Positions 1-12,924 of a stretch of 64,000 nt of DNA are shown piece after piece. The stretch's first letter is position 1. Each line of letters opens with the position of its first letter. Both the position numbers and the translations under genes were made by a program. Origin of the DNA: Mustelus asterias (lineage: Eukaryota); contig NC_135808.1 of NCBI RefSeq assembly GCF_964213995.1, positions 40,114,001 through 40,178,000 on the forward strand, in the 5' to 3' direction. The notes below the pieces were generated by a model. That model was not told where the DNA came from, made no database searches, and saw nothing but the letters and a program-made list of their open reading frames with translations.

Positions 1-552
1 TTTTCATTCCCTCGGAAGTCTTTCTCTGGGACCTCATTACCGTCTTGGTTGATGTACTCAGGACCTGTCCTCCTGCGGCGACATGTAAGGGCCCGCAGGT
101 CCGACCCGTTGGTCGAACAGGTCCATCTCCTCCACGCCAACCCTCAGTATGCCTATGTGGCATACCCTGATGGGCGAGAGGACACGGTCTCAATTCGAGA
201 CCTGGCGCCAGCAGGGGACGTAGAAACCCCTGTCGCTCCCATACCTCCTGTTAGAGACCCCCCAACTATTGTTTCCCCTCCTGACACGGCGCGGGCAGCA
301 TCGGGACCATTACTTAACCCTTTTACTCCCGTGTACAGCTTGCCTGAGTCCAGGAGATGGTCACCACTTCAGGGCGTGTTGGAAATCAACGGATTATCAT
401 CACCTCGGGGTCAGCCGGCCCGTGAGACTGTGGAGGAACCGTTGGACATCGCCTTGGGGAGAACGCCACCGCGAGTGCCTACTCCGGTGTCATCACCGGT
501 GTTGAGGAGGTCACAACGACGGTGCGGTCCCCCTGACCGTCTGAACTTATAG
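1..552 (+). mobile_element. 3' end of Ty3/Gypsy LTR-retrotransposon pol (integrase C-terminal region)
   Basis: ORF 49-552 has GPVLLRRHVR...V.LLHANPQYAYV.YPDGREDTVS.RDLAP, typical of Gypsy integrase C-termini, and is followed by a PPT and LTR. Confidence 0.8.
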
Positions 553-616
553 ACTGATGACAAATTATTCTGTTTTTTTGTACCCCGCCGGCCTTTGTCT
601 TCAAAGGAGGGGTGAA

Positions 617-950
617 TGTGGTGAACCATCGTTGGTTCCCACTAGGTAGTACTGAGCCAGGGTCTGGCCAGTACTACGAGTATGTATATATGTTGCTGTT
701 GGGGTTAGGGATGGGTTGTTCTACTTGTTGCTGTTGGGGTTAGGGTTGGGCTGTTACACCTGTATTATAGTTATTATGGTACATCCCAGTCGGGCTCCGC
801 CTCCTGGGAGAGGTATAAAGGTCACTGCTCTATCTAGGACCCCTCAGTCTGGGATCGTGTACTATACATGGTAGCTTCGTTGTAATAGTAAATAAAAGCC
901 TTTATTTCCTTGAGCATCTCAAGCCTCGTGTGTGATAACGCGCATCAACA
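617..950 (+). mobile_element. 3' LTR of the Gypsy element
   Basis: Polypurine tract AAAGGAGGGGTGAA (603-616), then TGTGG...TCAACA termini; internal TATAAA (~814) and AATAAA (~890). Confidence 0.8.
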
Positions 951-1035
951 CCCAATAAATCTTTAGCCATGGGACACAGGGGAGGGGGGAGGAGGGGTGT
1001 GAGGGGCGGGGGAGTGCGGTGGTGGGGAGATACAG

Positions 1036-1054
1036 ATAGAGAGAGATAGAGAGA

Positions 1055-1085
<31 letters not shown>
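1036..1085. repeat. (GA)n microsatellite
   Basis: Directly visible. Confidence 0.95.
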
Positions 1086-1086
<1 letters not shown>

Positions 1087-3249
1087 TATGTGCCACACTT
1101 CTTCAGCAAATCAGTCAGTGGAGCAAACATACTACTAAACTTCGACATGAATTTCCTGTAAAAACCACTCAGTCCCATGATGTCTTCTCCTCATCATTAT
1201 GAGGAACTCCCCAATAACCTTTGTTTTCACATCCCATGAGGCCATCTGTCTATGTCCAATTATATGGCTGAGAATGTAATTCGGGCTTTTCCAAACTCAC
1301 TCTTTGCCAAGTTTACCACCACGCCAATCTCCTAAAGTTGATTGAACAATACCGCTAGGTGCTCCAAATGTTCTTCTCATGTCTGACTAAAATACATCAA
1401 TTGTCTGTGCACCACACAATTGAATAATCCTGAAATTACCTTGTTGGTTAATCTTTGAAATGTGGCCGGAACATTTTCCATTCCAAATCGCATAACTTTG
1501 AACTGATACAAACAATTTTATGTCATGAATGCTGAAATCTCCCTCACCCTGTCAGAAAAAAGGTACCTGCCAGTAACATAACAGTATGGCAATGTTGGAG
1601 ATAAAAGTCGCTTGTCCCACCATCTCAATGAAGTGCTCCAACTGAGGAATAGAATAGAAATCTGATTTTGTTACCACATTAACGTTCTTATAGTCCACAC
1701 ACAATCGTTGGATACCATCTGGTTTTGGAACCATCACTATGGTTGAGCTCCACTCGCTGTAATTCACTTCAATCATGTCATTTTTAAGCATGCTTTCAAT
1801 CTTCTTTTCAATATCTGTCAACTTTAAACTGTGATATGTACAAAGATGTTGTTCAATTGGAATAGTATTTTCTACATCGACATCATGTATAACTATTTTA
1901 GTACTTCCCAGCGTATTCCCAGATACCTCTCCATGTGAGCTAAATAACTCATTCAGGTCATTTTAATTTTCCTCCAGCAGGTAACTCAACAGTTTATTCC
2001 AATTTCTGATAACTTCCTCATTATCCAATTTAATATGAGGAATGTCAAATTCAGAGTCATTGGATTTGGTTCTTCACTCTGATTTGTAATCACTAACACA
2101 GCCTGCTTCTGCTTTCTTTCCTTATCAAAACATCGTTTGAGCATATTGACATGACACACTCATTGAGTTTTCCTTACATCTGGCGTTCTTATCAAATAAT
2201 TCACCTCAGTCAATTTCCTTTCCATTTGATAAGGCCCACCGAACCTTACTTTCAAAGGTTCATTCACCACTGGCAGAAATACTAAGACTTGATCTCCATT
2301 AGAAAAATTATGATTTTTAAAAATGTCTTATCTGCTTCCTGTTTCAGCACATGTTGTACCACCTTTAATTGTTGTCGAGCCAACTCACCTACTCTATTCA
2401 ATCTTACCCTACAATTTGACACATAGTCCAATAATGTAGTTTGAGAACGCAGACTCACCAATTTCTCATCAATCAATTTAAGTGGTCCTCTCACCTCATG
2501 ACCAAAAATCAATTGGACGGACTGAAAATAATTCATTAATTCAGTGAATCCTTAATTGCAAAAAGAACAAAAAGATTCCTGTATCCCAATCCTCCAGATA
2601 ATGTTGACAATAATATTGACAAAAAACGGTCAACTTTCTCTTTAAAGTTTGATGCCACTGCATTCATCTCCCTGTGATTCTGGATGGCATGCAGTTGATT
2701 TAAATTGTTTTATTCCTAAGCTTTCCATAACCTCTTTGAATAACTTTGAAGAAAAATTTGATCCTTGATTCTGCAGGTAAACCATACTTCATGAAAAAAA
2801 TAAGTAACTCCTCTACAATCCTTTTAGCTGTCTTATTCTGTGATGGAATGGCTTCTGGAAACCTAATATGCACACCTATTATAGTCAATAGATATTGATT
2901 CCCACTTTTTGTTTTAGGATGGGGTCCTATGCAATCAAGTTAGATCCTTGTTAAAGATCCCTCAAAAGCTGGAATGGGTATTACAGTTTGGTTTTATCAC
3001 TGTTTGAGGTTTCCAAATTACCTGACATGTGTGACATGAGCGGCAAAATTCAACGCTATCTTTGCAGTCCAGGCCAATAAAACATGTTGTTGTGTTTTAG
3101 CTTAAGTTTTCCTTACTCCCAAATGACCTCTTACTGGTACCTCATGTGCTCCCCGAAACAGTTGCTTTCTATAGTCTATCGTAATACCACTTGATGAATC
3201 TCTGCCCATGTGTCATCCGCATGAATATGTAAAGGTCTCCATTTCCTCG

Positions 3250-3795
3250 TAATGAGGAAATTTGGTATGTTTGAACAACTCACCAATCTTTACAGATGCA
3301 CCATAGAAAGCATTCATTCTGGTTGTATCACAGCTTGGTATCGCTCCTGCTCTGTCCAAGACTGCAAGAAACTACAAATGTTTCAACAAACAAGGGTCGT
3401 GAAGAAAGCACAATCCATCACTCAAACCAGCCTCCCATCAATTGACATTTTCTACAATTCCTGCTGCCTCAGAAAAACAGCCAGCATAATCAAGGAACCC
3501 ACACACACCAGACAGACTATTGTCCACCTTCTTCCATTGGAATAAAGAAACAAAAGTCTGAGATCACGTATCAACCGACTCAAAAACGGTTTCTTCCCTG
3601 CCGCCATCAGATTTTTGAATGGCTCTACATCACATTACGTTGATCTTTCTCTACAGCCCAGCTATGATTGTAACACTGCATTCTCCACTCTCTCCTTTCT
3701 TCATCTGTGCACGGCATGCTTTGAGTTTATAATGCGCAAGAAACAATACTTTTCACTGCATACCAACACGTGTCAATCATAAATCAAAACAAAAG
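3250..3795 (+). mobile_element. Rex1/Babar-type LINE 3' fragment
   Basis: RKFGM..LTNLYRCTIESI.SGCITAWY..CS motif and AATAAATCAAA-type tail. Confidence 0.75.
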
Positions 3796-3839
3796 ACATA
3801 ATTTCTAAGGTAATAACATTTCACTATACACTCAGATTA

Positions 3840-4050
3840 TTCTGTGAAGCAGTTGAGGCTACCTCATTGAATGTTTTTAAGGCAAGGATAGATAAATGTT
3901 TGAACAGTAAAGGAATAAGGGTTATGGTCAGCAGGCGGGTAAGTGGAGCTGAGTCCACAAAAAGGTCAGCCATGATTTTATTGAATGACGGAGCAGACTT
4001 GAGGGGCCAGATGGTCTACTCCTGCTCCTAGTTCTTCTGTTCTTTGTGTA
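3840..4050 (+). mobile_element. CR1-type LINE 3' fragment
   Basis: VEATSLNVFKARID-like coding remnant and CR1 3'UTR. Confidence 0.75.
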
Positions 4051-7000
4051 CAACAGTTTTATCCCTACATACTTCTGTTGTTACTCTGCCAACTTTCCTG
4101 AGCTAAAAATATCTACTTCATCTTCCACCTGTTATTGTTCTTTTTCAATCATCTGATCAAAAATAGTTTCTGATAATTGAACTTCTTTACCTTCACTTTT
4201 TGATTTTGTGTCTTGTCTCAACATGTGACTTTGTGACCACACAATCAGGAACAATTAGAAAAACTCCGTTGTTAGATTTTCCACTCTCTTTCAAACACAC
4301 TAGGCTTCACCCCCAACTGTGATACATAAGAACATAAGAACATAAGAAATAGGAGCAGGAGTAGGCATCTGGCACCACGAGCCTGCCCCACCATTCAATG
4401 AGATCATGGCTGATCTGAAGTGGATCAGTTCCACTTCCCCACCTGATCCTTATAATCCCTAATTCCCTTACCGATCAGGAATCCATCTATCCGTGATTTA
4501 AACATATTCAACAAGGTAGCCTCCACCACTTCAGTGGGCAGAGAATTCCAGAGATTCACCACCCTCTGAGAGAAGAAGTTCCTCTTCAACTCTGTCCTAA
4601 ACTGACCCCCCTTTATTTTGAGGCTGTGCCCTCTAGTTCTAGCTTCCTTTCGAAGTGGAAAGAATCTCTCCACCTCTACCCTATCCAGCCCCTTCATTAT
4701 CTTAAAGGTCTCTATAAGATCCCCCCTCAGCCTTCTAAATTCCAACAAGTACAAACCCAATCTGCTCAGTCTCTCCTCATAATCAACACCCCTCATCTAT
4801 GGTATCAACCTGGTGAACTTTCTCTGCACTCCCTCCAAGGCCAATATATCCTTCCGCAAATGAGGGGACCAATACTGCACACAGTATTCCAGCTGCGGTC
4901 TCACCAATGCCCTGTACAGATGCAGAAAGACATCTCTGCTTTTATTTTCTATCCCCCTTGTGATATAGGCCAACATCCCATTTGCCTTCTTGATCACCTG
5001 TTGCACCTGCAGACTGGGTTTTTGCATCTCAAGCACAAGGACCCCCAGGTCCCTTTGCACAGTAGCATGTTGCAATCTTTTTCCATTTAGATAATAATCC
5101 AATTTGCTATTATTTCCTCCAAAGTGAATAACCTCACATTTGTCAACATTATACTCCATCTGCCAGATCCTCGCCCACTCACTCAGCCTGTCCAAATCTC
5201 TCTGCAGACCTTCTACGCCCTCCACATGATTCACTTTTCCACTTATCTTTGTGTCATCTGCAAACTTTGTTACCGTACACTCAGTCCCCTCCTCCAGATC
5301 GTCTATATAAATGGTAAATAGTTGAGGCCCCAGTACCGATCCCTGCGGCACGCCACTAGTTACCATCTGCCAACCAGAAAAGTACCCATTTATTCCGACT
5401 CTCTGCTTCCTGTCGGAGAGCCAAACCCCAATCCACGCTAACACCCGACCCCCAACTCCGTGTGACCCAATCTTCTTCAGCAACCTTTTGTGAGGCACCT
5501 TATCAAACGCCTTTTGGAAATCCAAAATCACCGCATCCACCGGTTCCCCTCCGTCAACCGCACTAGTCACATCTTCATAAAAATCCAACAAGTTCGTCAA
5601 GCACGACTTTCCCCTCACGAATCCATGCTGCGTCTGCTTAATCGAACCATTCTTATCCAAATTGCCTGTTATTTCTTCTTTAATGATGGATTCCAGCATT
5701 TTCCCAACTACAGACGTTAAGCTAATCGGCCTGCAGTTACCCGCCTTTTGTCTATTTCCTTTTTTAAACAGCGGCATAACATTAGCCGTTTTCCAATCCG
5801 CCGGCACTACCCCATAATCCAACGAATTTCGATGAATAACCACTAACGCATCCGCTATTCCCTCTGACATTTCTTTCAGTACCCTGGGATGCATTCCATC
5901 CGGGCCCGGGGACTTGTCCACCTTCACTCCCGTTAGTCTACCAAGCACTGCCTCCCTGGTAACATTAATTGTATTGAGTATCTCTCCTCCTACCAACCCT
6001 CTGTCGTTAATATTCGGTAAACTATTTGTGTCTTCCACCGTGAAGACCGACACAAAAAACTTCTTTAAAGTTTCAGCCATTTCTTCATGTCCCACTATTA
6101 AATCCCCCCTCTCGTCCTCCAAGTTCCAACATTCACTCTTGCCACTCTATTCCTTTTTAAATATTTGTAAAAGCTTTTACTATCATTTTTTACATTTATA
6201 GCTAGCTTAGCTTCATAACCTATCTTTCCTTTCTTGATCACTTTCTTAGTCGTTCTTTGTTGTTTCTTAAAGTTTTCCCAATCTTCCGATTCTCCACTAT
6301 GTTTGGCCACTCTGTACGCATCGGTCTTTAATTCAATACTCTCCTTAATTTCCTTCGTTATCCACGGCTGGCTATCCCTTTTCTTACAGTCCTTCTTTAT
6401 CACTGGAATATATTGTTGCTGAGTACTGAAAAGGATCTGTTTAAAAATCCTCCACTGTTCCTCAGCTGTCCTACTTATCAGTCTGCTCTCCCAGTCCACC
6501 TTAGCCAATTCAGCCCTCATCCTATCGTACTTCCCTCTGTTCAAACAGAGAACACTGGTATGGGACGCTACTTTCTCCTCTTCCATTTGTACCAGAAATT
6601 CGACCGTGATCACTTGACCCAAGAGGGTCCTTCACAAGAACATCCTTAATTCTACCTACCTCGTTACACATTACCAGATTTAAGATAACTTGTTCCCTCG
6701 TCGGTTCTGTCACATACTGTTCAAGGTAACTATCCCGACAGCATTCTAAGAACTCTTCCACCATCCCACCCCTTCCAACTTGAGTTAGCCAATCAATATG
6801 CAGGTTGAAGTCCCCCATGATTATTGCCGTTCCGTTTTTGCACGCATCCATTATTTGCTTGTTTATAGCCCTCCCCACCTCAACATTATTATTTGGGGGC
6901 CTGTAGACCACGCCTACTAGTGTCTTTCTCCCCCTACTATTCCTTATCTCTACCCATAACGATTCCACGTTTTGTTCCTTAGAGCCTATGTCATCCCTCA

Positions 7001-7151
7001 CTACTACCCTGATATTATCTTTTATTAACAGAGCTACCCCACCACCTTTTCCTTCCTGTCTATTCTTCCTAAACGCCTGATACCCCTGGATATTCATCTT
7101 CCAGTCCTGGTCTCTCTGCAGCCACGGTTCTGTAGTGGCCACTAGATCATA

Positions 7152-7947
7152 ATGTGGAGATGCCGGCGTTGGACTGGGGTAAACACAGTAAGAAGTTTAA
7201 CAACACCAGGTTAAAGTCCAACAGGTTTATTTGGTAGCAAAAGCCACACAAGCTTTCGAAGCTCTAAGCCCCTTCTTCAGGTGAGTGGGAATTCTGTTCA
7301 CAAACAGAGCTTATAAAGACACAGACTCAATTTACATGAATAATGGTTGGAATGCGAACACTCACAACCAATAAAGTCTTTAAGAAACAAAACAATGGGA
7401 GTGGAGAGAGCATCAAGACAGGCCAAAAAGATGTGCACTCAATTTACCATAACGGTTACCCGAATATCAGAGGCCGAATGCGGTCACGGGCATTCGGCCT
7501 CTGATATTCGGGTAAGCGTTCTCCAAGGCGGCCTTCGCGACACACGACAGCGCAGAGTCGCTGAGCAGAGACTGATAGCCAAGTTCCGCGGGCACGGGGA
7601 CGGCCTCAACCGGGATGTTGGGTTCATGTCACACGATTTGTAACTCCCGCGGTTGCGTGGACCTGCGGGGTTTCACTGGCTGTCTTGTCTGGAGACAGTG
7701 CACATCTTTTTGGCCTGTCTTGATGCTCTCTCCACTCCCATTGTTTTGTTTCTTAAAGACTTGATTGGTTGTGAGTGTTCGCATTCCAACCATTATTCAT
7801 GTAAATTGAGTCTGTGTCTTTATAAGCTCTGTTTGTGAACAGAATTCCCACTCACCTGAAGAAGGGGCTTAGAGCTTCGAAAGCTTGTGTGGCTTTTGCT
7901 ACCAAATAAACCTGTTGGACTTTAACCTGGTGTTGTTAAACTTCTTA
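7152..7947 (+). mobile_element. Penelope-like element (5'-truncated: GIY-YIG C-terminus + pLTR, with an inverted pLTR) inserted in the CR1
   Basis: GHSASDIRVSVLQGG...EQRLIAKFR..DGLNRD; 7178-7440 is an inverted copy of ~7697-7948; 12-bp TSD CACTAGATCATA at 7140-7151 and 7948-7959. Confidence 0.9.
7853..7889 (+). ncRNA. Minimal hammerhead ribozyme motif in Penelope pLTR (inverted copy at 7247-7283, minus strand)
   Basis: cac-CTGAAGA-a-GGGGC-ttaga-GCTTC-GAAA-GCTT-gtg. Confidence 0.7.
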
Positions 7948-10249
7948 CACTAGATCATACCCATTTGTGCTGATTTGCACCATCAACTCATTAACTTTGT
8001 TCCGAATGCTTCGTGCATTCAAGCAAAGTGTCTTTATTCCAGCTTTTATCTGGACCCGATTTGATGAAACGCTATCAACCTCTCCCTCGCCCACTACTCC
8101 TTTAACTACTTGAATGCCCTCATTCACTTGCACTCGCTCCCTCTCCTCTACCATTGATTTTGTAATTCCTCTTACCTCTGCACCCGCCCCCCCATAAATT
8201 AGTTTAAAGCCCTATCTACAGCCCTAGTGATACGATTCGCTAGGACTCTGGTCCCAGCTATATCAGTGATCCAGCTATATCATTACTAAAGATAAACTGA
8301 ATCCTTCGACAAAATAATTTCTCTATTAGTCCTGCCACCACTTCATCACTTATCAGTGGATTCTCCACCCTTACCTTATACTCCACTTCTCACCCTGAAT
8401 TCCACATATTATCACCTTTTCTCGCAATACTTCTTCCAAACTACGTAACTCATCTCTCACCATCAAAGATTGACTTACCACGGTATCTCCTAAACTTTTA
8501 ATGTCTTTACCTACTCTTCCTGGTTGACATGAGTAAACTTTACCCATACAAGTAAATTCTTGAAAGAGATCTGGCACTTTCTCATGAATCAAACGCAGAT
8601 CAAGTTGTACATTCTTTTGCATCTCTTTAGCTTCAACTATGGTTTCCTTTACCACTTTAACAAACCCCAATCGCTTATCATATTTTATCGCATCTGTCTT
8701 CCCAGTGCTTATCTTAATTTGATTTGATTTATGATTGTCACATGTATTAGCATGCAGTGAAAAGTATTGAAAAGTATTCACCGACCAACACTGCGACCTT
8801 GTGTGCCCTATTTTATTACAGTAAAAATATCTAAGGCTTTTTATTTGTCTTCCACCCTCATGTGTTTCCTTATTAAGTTGAGGTACACTGTCTTTATTAT
8901 CTCCCAAAAGATCCCCTTTACCTTTTTCACCTGAGGATTTCCCTTTTCCCCCAGTTTATTTCCCTCACACGCTGAAACAGATATCAGAAAGCAAACTTTG
9001 ATGATAAACTAATTCATAGTCATCTGCCATTTCAGCTGCAAATCTCTCAGTTTTACCCCTCTGCTCTTTCACATGAGTTCTCACTACTTCGGGAAGTAAA
9101 TTTTTAAAAACTTCCAAAATAATCATTTTTAAAGAGCATAATATGTCTGATCTATTTTCAAAGCCCTATCCACCTATCAAAATTGCTTTGTTTGATCCTT
9201 TCAAATTCTATTTATGTTTCACCAGGTTCATTCCACAGAGAGTGTGGGTGCCTGAAATGCGCTACCGGAAGAGGTGATAGAAGCAGGCAGATTCGCAACA
9301 TTTTTCTATGGGAAAAAAAACTGTTCTCCAGGCATCACCTGACATGTCAATCATTTGCCACCAGGAATTTAAAAAGGGTCATCAGTACCCTCAGGACACT
9401 GCATTGGGCCAGATTTAAAATAAACATTGCTCCAATTATCCTGCTTCAACAACAATAAAAAATATCGGTTACAGACAACATGGCATCAAAATAAAAATGC
9501 CAGGCCTGCTTGAAATACCTTACAGAGAACATGTTTAAAATGCATTTCTGAAAGGCACGGTATTGCCACACTTCACAGCACTAACTCTGTAATTGATCCG
9601 AAGAACCATAGTTTTGGACAAGGAGCTCAGATTGAGATCACATATATTCCACCTGTCAGAAAGGAATACTCGTACATCTCCAAAAAAGATGCTGTCACAT
9701 GAGAACAATATGCAACACTGATTACAATTAATTGTATCAGAATGGCAAGTTAAAAGATTAATATATTTTGGTTACATGATGATTAAACATAACTGGGTCA
9801 CAACATAATTATGAAACATGCTTTTCAACTGCAAAGTACAGAGTAGAAGCTCAGAACAAAGAAGTCCAAATGTGTGCAGGTTAGGTGGATTCGCCATGCT
9901 AAATTGCCCTTTAGTGTCAGGGGGACTAGCTGGGATAAATGTATGACGTTATGGGGGATAGGGCCTGGGTGGGATTGTGGTCGGTGCAGACTCGATGTGC
10001 CGAATAGCCTCCTTCTGCACCAAATGATTCTATGATTCGATCTATGGAACAGACAATGCCAATTGCTTCCGGAACATTATTTCCTCTCTTGTACCTCCAG
10101 TGCTGTAAATACTCATCACATGCATACAATTCTTTCTCTGCTGAAATTCAGGAGTTGCTGACTCTGACTGGATTCAGTGTTGCACCAATATGAGACTCAT
10201 GTATCCATTTGTCGTATGGAATTTCTTTAATGGTTGCCAAATTCTCTTA

Positions 10250-11147
10250 AAAAGAATTTAAAACAGCAAAAATTAATTTCAAAAAGACAATATTTTAGAT
10301 TTAGAAGGCATATTCGGAATTTATTGTTAAAATAATATGAAAGACATACAAGACAAACAAGCCATTAACCTCGGCAGCGGGAATTCTCTGAAGGGTCAAT
10401 CAACATTTGCTGGTGCCAAAAGACCTCTCTGAAGATCTGAGGCACTGAGCACAAATACAATTCAATTGTAGCTTTTGCTTATCTCTGATACTCCTACTAA
10501 TTAGCTCAATTTAATTTCATTTCATGTTAATATATCAATCAACATTATGACAGATTACCTCAGCCAGTTCCGTTATGCTGCTTGTCATGATGATTTACTA
10601 TTTGTCCATTCCCCTTACTGGAACCTCCTCCCCTGGCATGACCCACTTCCTGGTAACCATTATTGCGAAGATTCTTATCATGTGATTATTTTCCCAATGG
10701 CAAACTGTCAAGATAGAGATATGCCAGCCCTGGGCCCAAAGACTGATACCTTCTATGTCTTCACAATATAAACCTCATTGTTTTAAATACATTATGTTGC
10801 AGCCTATATGCCCAAAACTTGAAAATATTACATTCTTGTTAACTCAACCATAGACTTTTGAACCTCAAACATTATTTTCTGCAACATTTGCATTTTGAAC
10901 TGAGGTGATTCCATATTGAAATATTATTAATCTGTTAAAATACAACACTTAGTATTTTGATATTAGCTTAATAGTTTAATACCTAACATTCATATTGTAT
11001 TCATCATTCTTTCATTAATGCACCTATACATGAATAAACCATTATCAGATCCAGTTAGATGTGAATCACTTTAACTCTTTCCTCCCTGGCTATAACTCAA
11101 CCTAAGATTCTGCCTGTGCAGCTAAATAACCTAGAATCCCTTCTACA
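10250..11147 (-). mobile_element. Probable ERV 3' LTR
   Basis: Minus-strand PPT-like AGGAGAGGGGAT (11159-11148) immediately followed by TGTAG; AATAAA at 10325-10320; downstream of env. Distal boundary uncertain. Confidence 0.5.
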
Positions 11148-11331
11148 ATCCCCTCTCCTGGCCAATTGGCTAAAGATAATATAAGGCCACTAAGATGAAT
11201 TGTTTAAATCAACATGATTAGTCTAATTTACTCCTCTCTCCACCTGGATTGTCTCTACTAAAAAGTTAAGTGTAATTGCATCTTACTTGATTCTTCCCTG
11301 ATGCCAATAAATTAAAACTGGTGTTACTTTA

Positions 11332-12636
11332 TCAAAAATAAGTCTTTATGTAGATATTTTCGTAAGCTGGAGCACTTGGTTGCATGGGTGTCATGATTAT
11401 CATCTTCTTCTCCTCGATTGCCGCCATCTCTGCCACCTTCTTAGTTGTAGTAGAACAACAATACTTCATCAGCTGCACAATTATGATGATAATCAAAATA
11501 AAGATAAAAAGATGTGCAACTCGTTGCAGTATATTCATCCCAATCGATTCGATCCAGCCAGTTGTCCAGCTCCCCATTGAAAACTGCCCTGGTTGTTTCA
11601 ACTTTTCGACGTCCTTCCGAATGTGGGTTACCAGATTTGTTATGTTCTCTGAAGTGTCTGGAATATAGGTACAGCACTTTGGTCTGATTGAGGCACATGT
11701 TCCGCCTCTGGCCACTAAAATAAAGTCCAATGCCATACGATTTTGCAACACAACTGTACGCATTGCAACCATCTGGTCGCTGATCTCGGCCAGTGCTGCA
11801 GCTGTATCATTAGCACCTTTTTCTCAAATTGAAGTAATAGCTTCTATTTCCAAAGACAGTTTCATGTGTGAATAGGGTGGCATCATTATACCCAAAAGGT
11901 GGTCCAGTCCCACCAAAGCTCGTCTTCTCCTTTCTTTTGGAAATTGGTTTGTGTAGAAAATATATGGGACCACATATCCCAAATAGCAAGATCCCTTCCA
12001 TCCTGAAGGCAACCATAGGCAGGTTTTGCTTCCACAAATCTAATAAGTTCCATTTAGAGTTGGATAAGTATTTTCCTCTTCAAAACAATATGGAATATTG
12101 CAGACTTTATCATCACTAGGTTGATCCAAACAAATTTTGCTGGTTATATCTACTGAATATCTCCACTTGATAGGCCCTAAATCTATCCCATGTCTCTTCT
12201 TGCTCTCGATGCATACCATTCCCTGGGCCTCTGAGTCTGCCCCATTTAGAATAAGGCTGGGAGCTGGATTGGTGGTGTCAAAAACAGGTGAGTACCTATT
12301 CATGTGACCTGGCACCCCTGTGCAAGATCTATTTCTATAAAAAAAATCTATTCTAACACATTCCTTAATGAATCCTGTCACCGTTGCCCAGTGATCTCTA
12401 AAAGTCTGAGTGAGCTGATCCCACACAATTAAGTCTGCCCACAATATTGGGACCGGTCACAAGGGAATTCCTTCCTCTGCATGAATGGGAATGTGAGTGC
12501 ACATCCAACATTTAGATATGTCATCAGCTGCCTTAGAATATATGTATGCCATTTATAGATAAGTGTTCATATGCAATTCTCGATGGACTGATTGTACTAC
12601 ACATAACTCACTAATACAATTGAATAAAATAGTCAT
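11332..12636 (-). pseudogene. env: Endogenous retroviral env (gamma-type), single frame with 4 premature stops
   Basis: ATG 12636; SU CWMC (CXXC) at 12510-12499; furin site ERRRR/ALVG; ISD LQNRMALD; CASIRPKCC (CX6CC); hydrophobic TM; ORF pieces 12040-12444, 11824-12012 and 11332-11772 are all in one frame. Confidence 0.9.
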
Positions 12637-12924
12637 CTTGTCAATAAATGTCTTGTACTACTTGTTAGCTGTTAAAGAATAAAATATACTTTTTCACAAC
12701 CACACTCCAATCCCATATCTTTATCTTCTAACAGTTCCGGCTTGGCACTCTGTGATGGCTTGATTGATAGTTGTCAATCTTGTTTTTTCTCTCTTCAAAT
12801 TTATTCATTTTGTCTTTGCGTGCATACGGTCCTATAATTGTAAGCAACAAGGTCCTAAGGCCTCACAATTCGTAACTTAATAATTTAATTATTTACATAT
12901 TAATCATGCTGCACTTCTTACAAT

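Larger units (their letters stand above)
4325..8260 (-). mobile_element. CR1/HER1-type LINE with near-complete, frameshifted ORF2 (APE endonuclease + RT)
   Basis: ORF pieces 7945-8154 (CLNARSIRNK), 6522-7142 (GVVYRPP, MGDFN), 6098-6622, 4797-6122 (DFQKAFD, GVPQGSVLGP, KFADD), 4425-4796; (TTCTTATG)n tail at 4325-4347. Confidence 0.95.
955..9230 (-). mobile_element. Decayed Gmr1-like (Ty3/Gypsy) retrotransposon, order gag(SCAN-like, Zn knuckle)-PR-INT-RT, interrupted by nested LINEs
   Basis: Minus strand: SCAN-like remnant ~9020-9130; knuckle remnant FYCNKIGHTRSQC ~8790-8830; protease-like region ~8400-8560; integrase HHCC ~3020-3150, GHEVRGPL ~2490, GPY ~2230; RT SEWSS..VMVPKPDG..RLCVDY 1552-1821; LSGFYRKF...FAPLTDLLKK 1090-1178. 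Many stops and frameshifts. Confidence 0.8.

Noticed and set aside
4626-6649. Plus-strand ORFs overlapping the CR1 (and equivalents in other LINE/SINE copies)
   Set aside because: Antisense or alternate-frame shadows of repeat sequence with no independent protein signal
11332-12636. env as a domesticated syncytin-like gene
   Set aside because: Four in-frame stop codons in this copy
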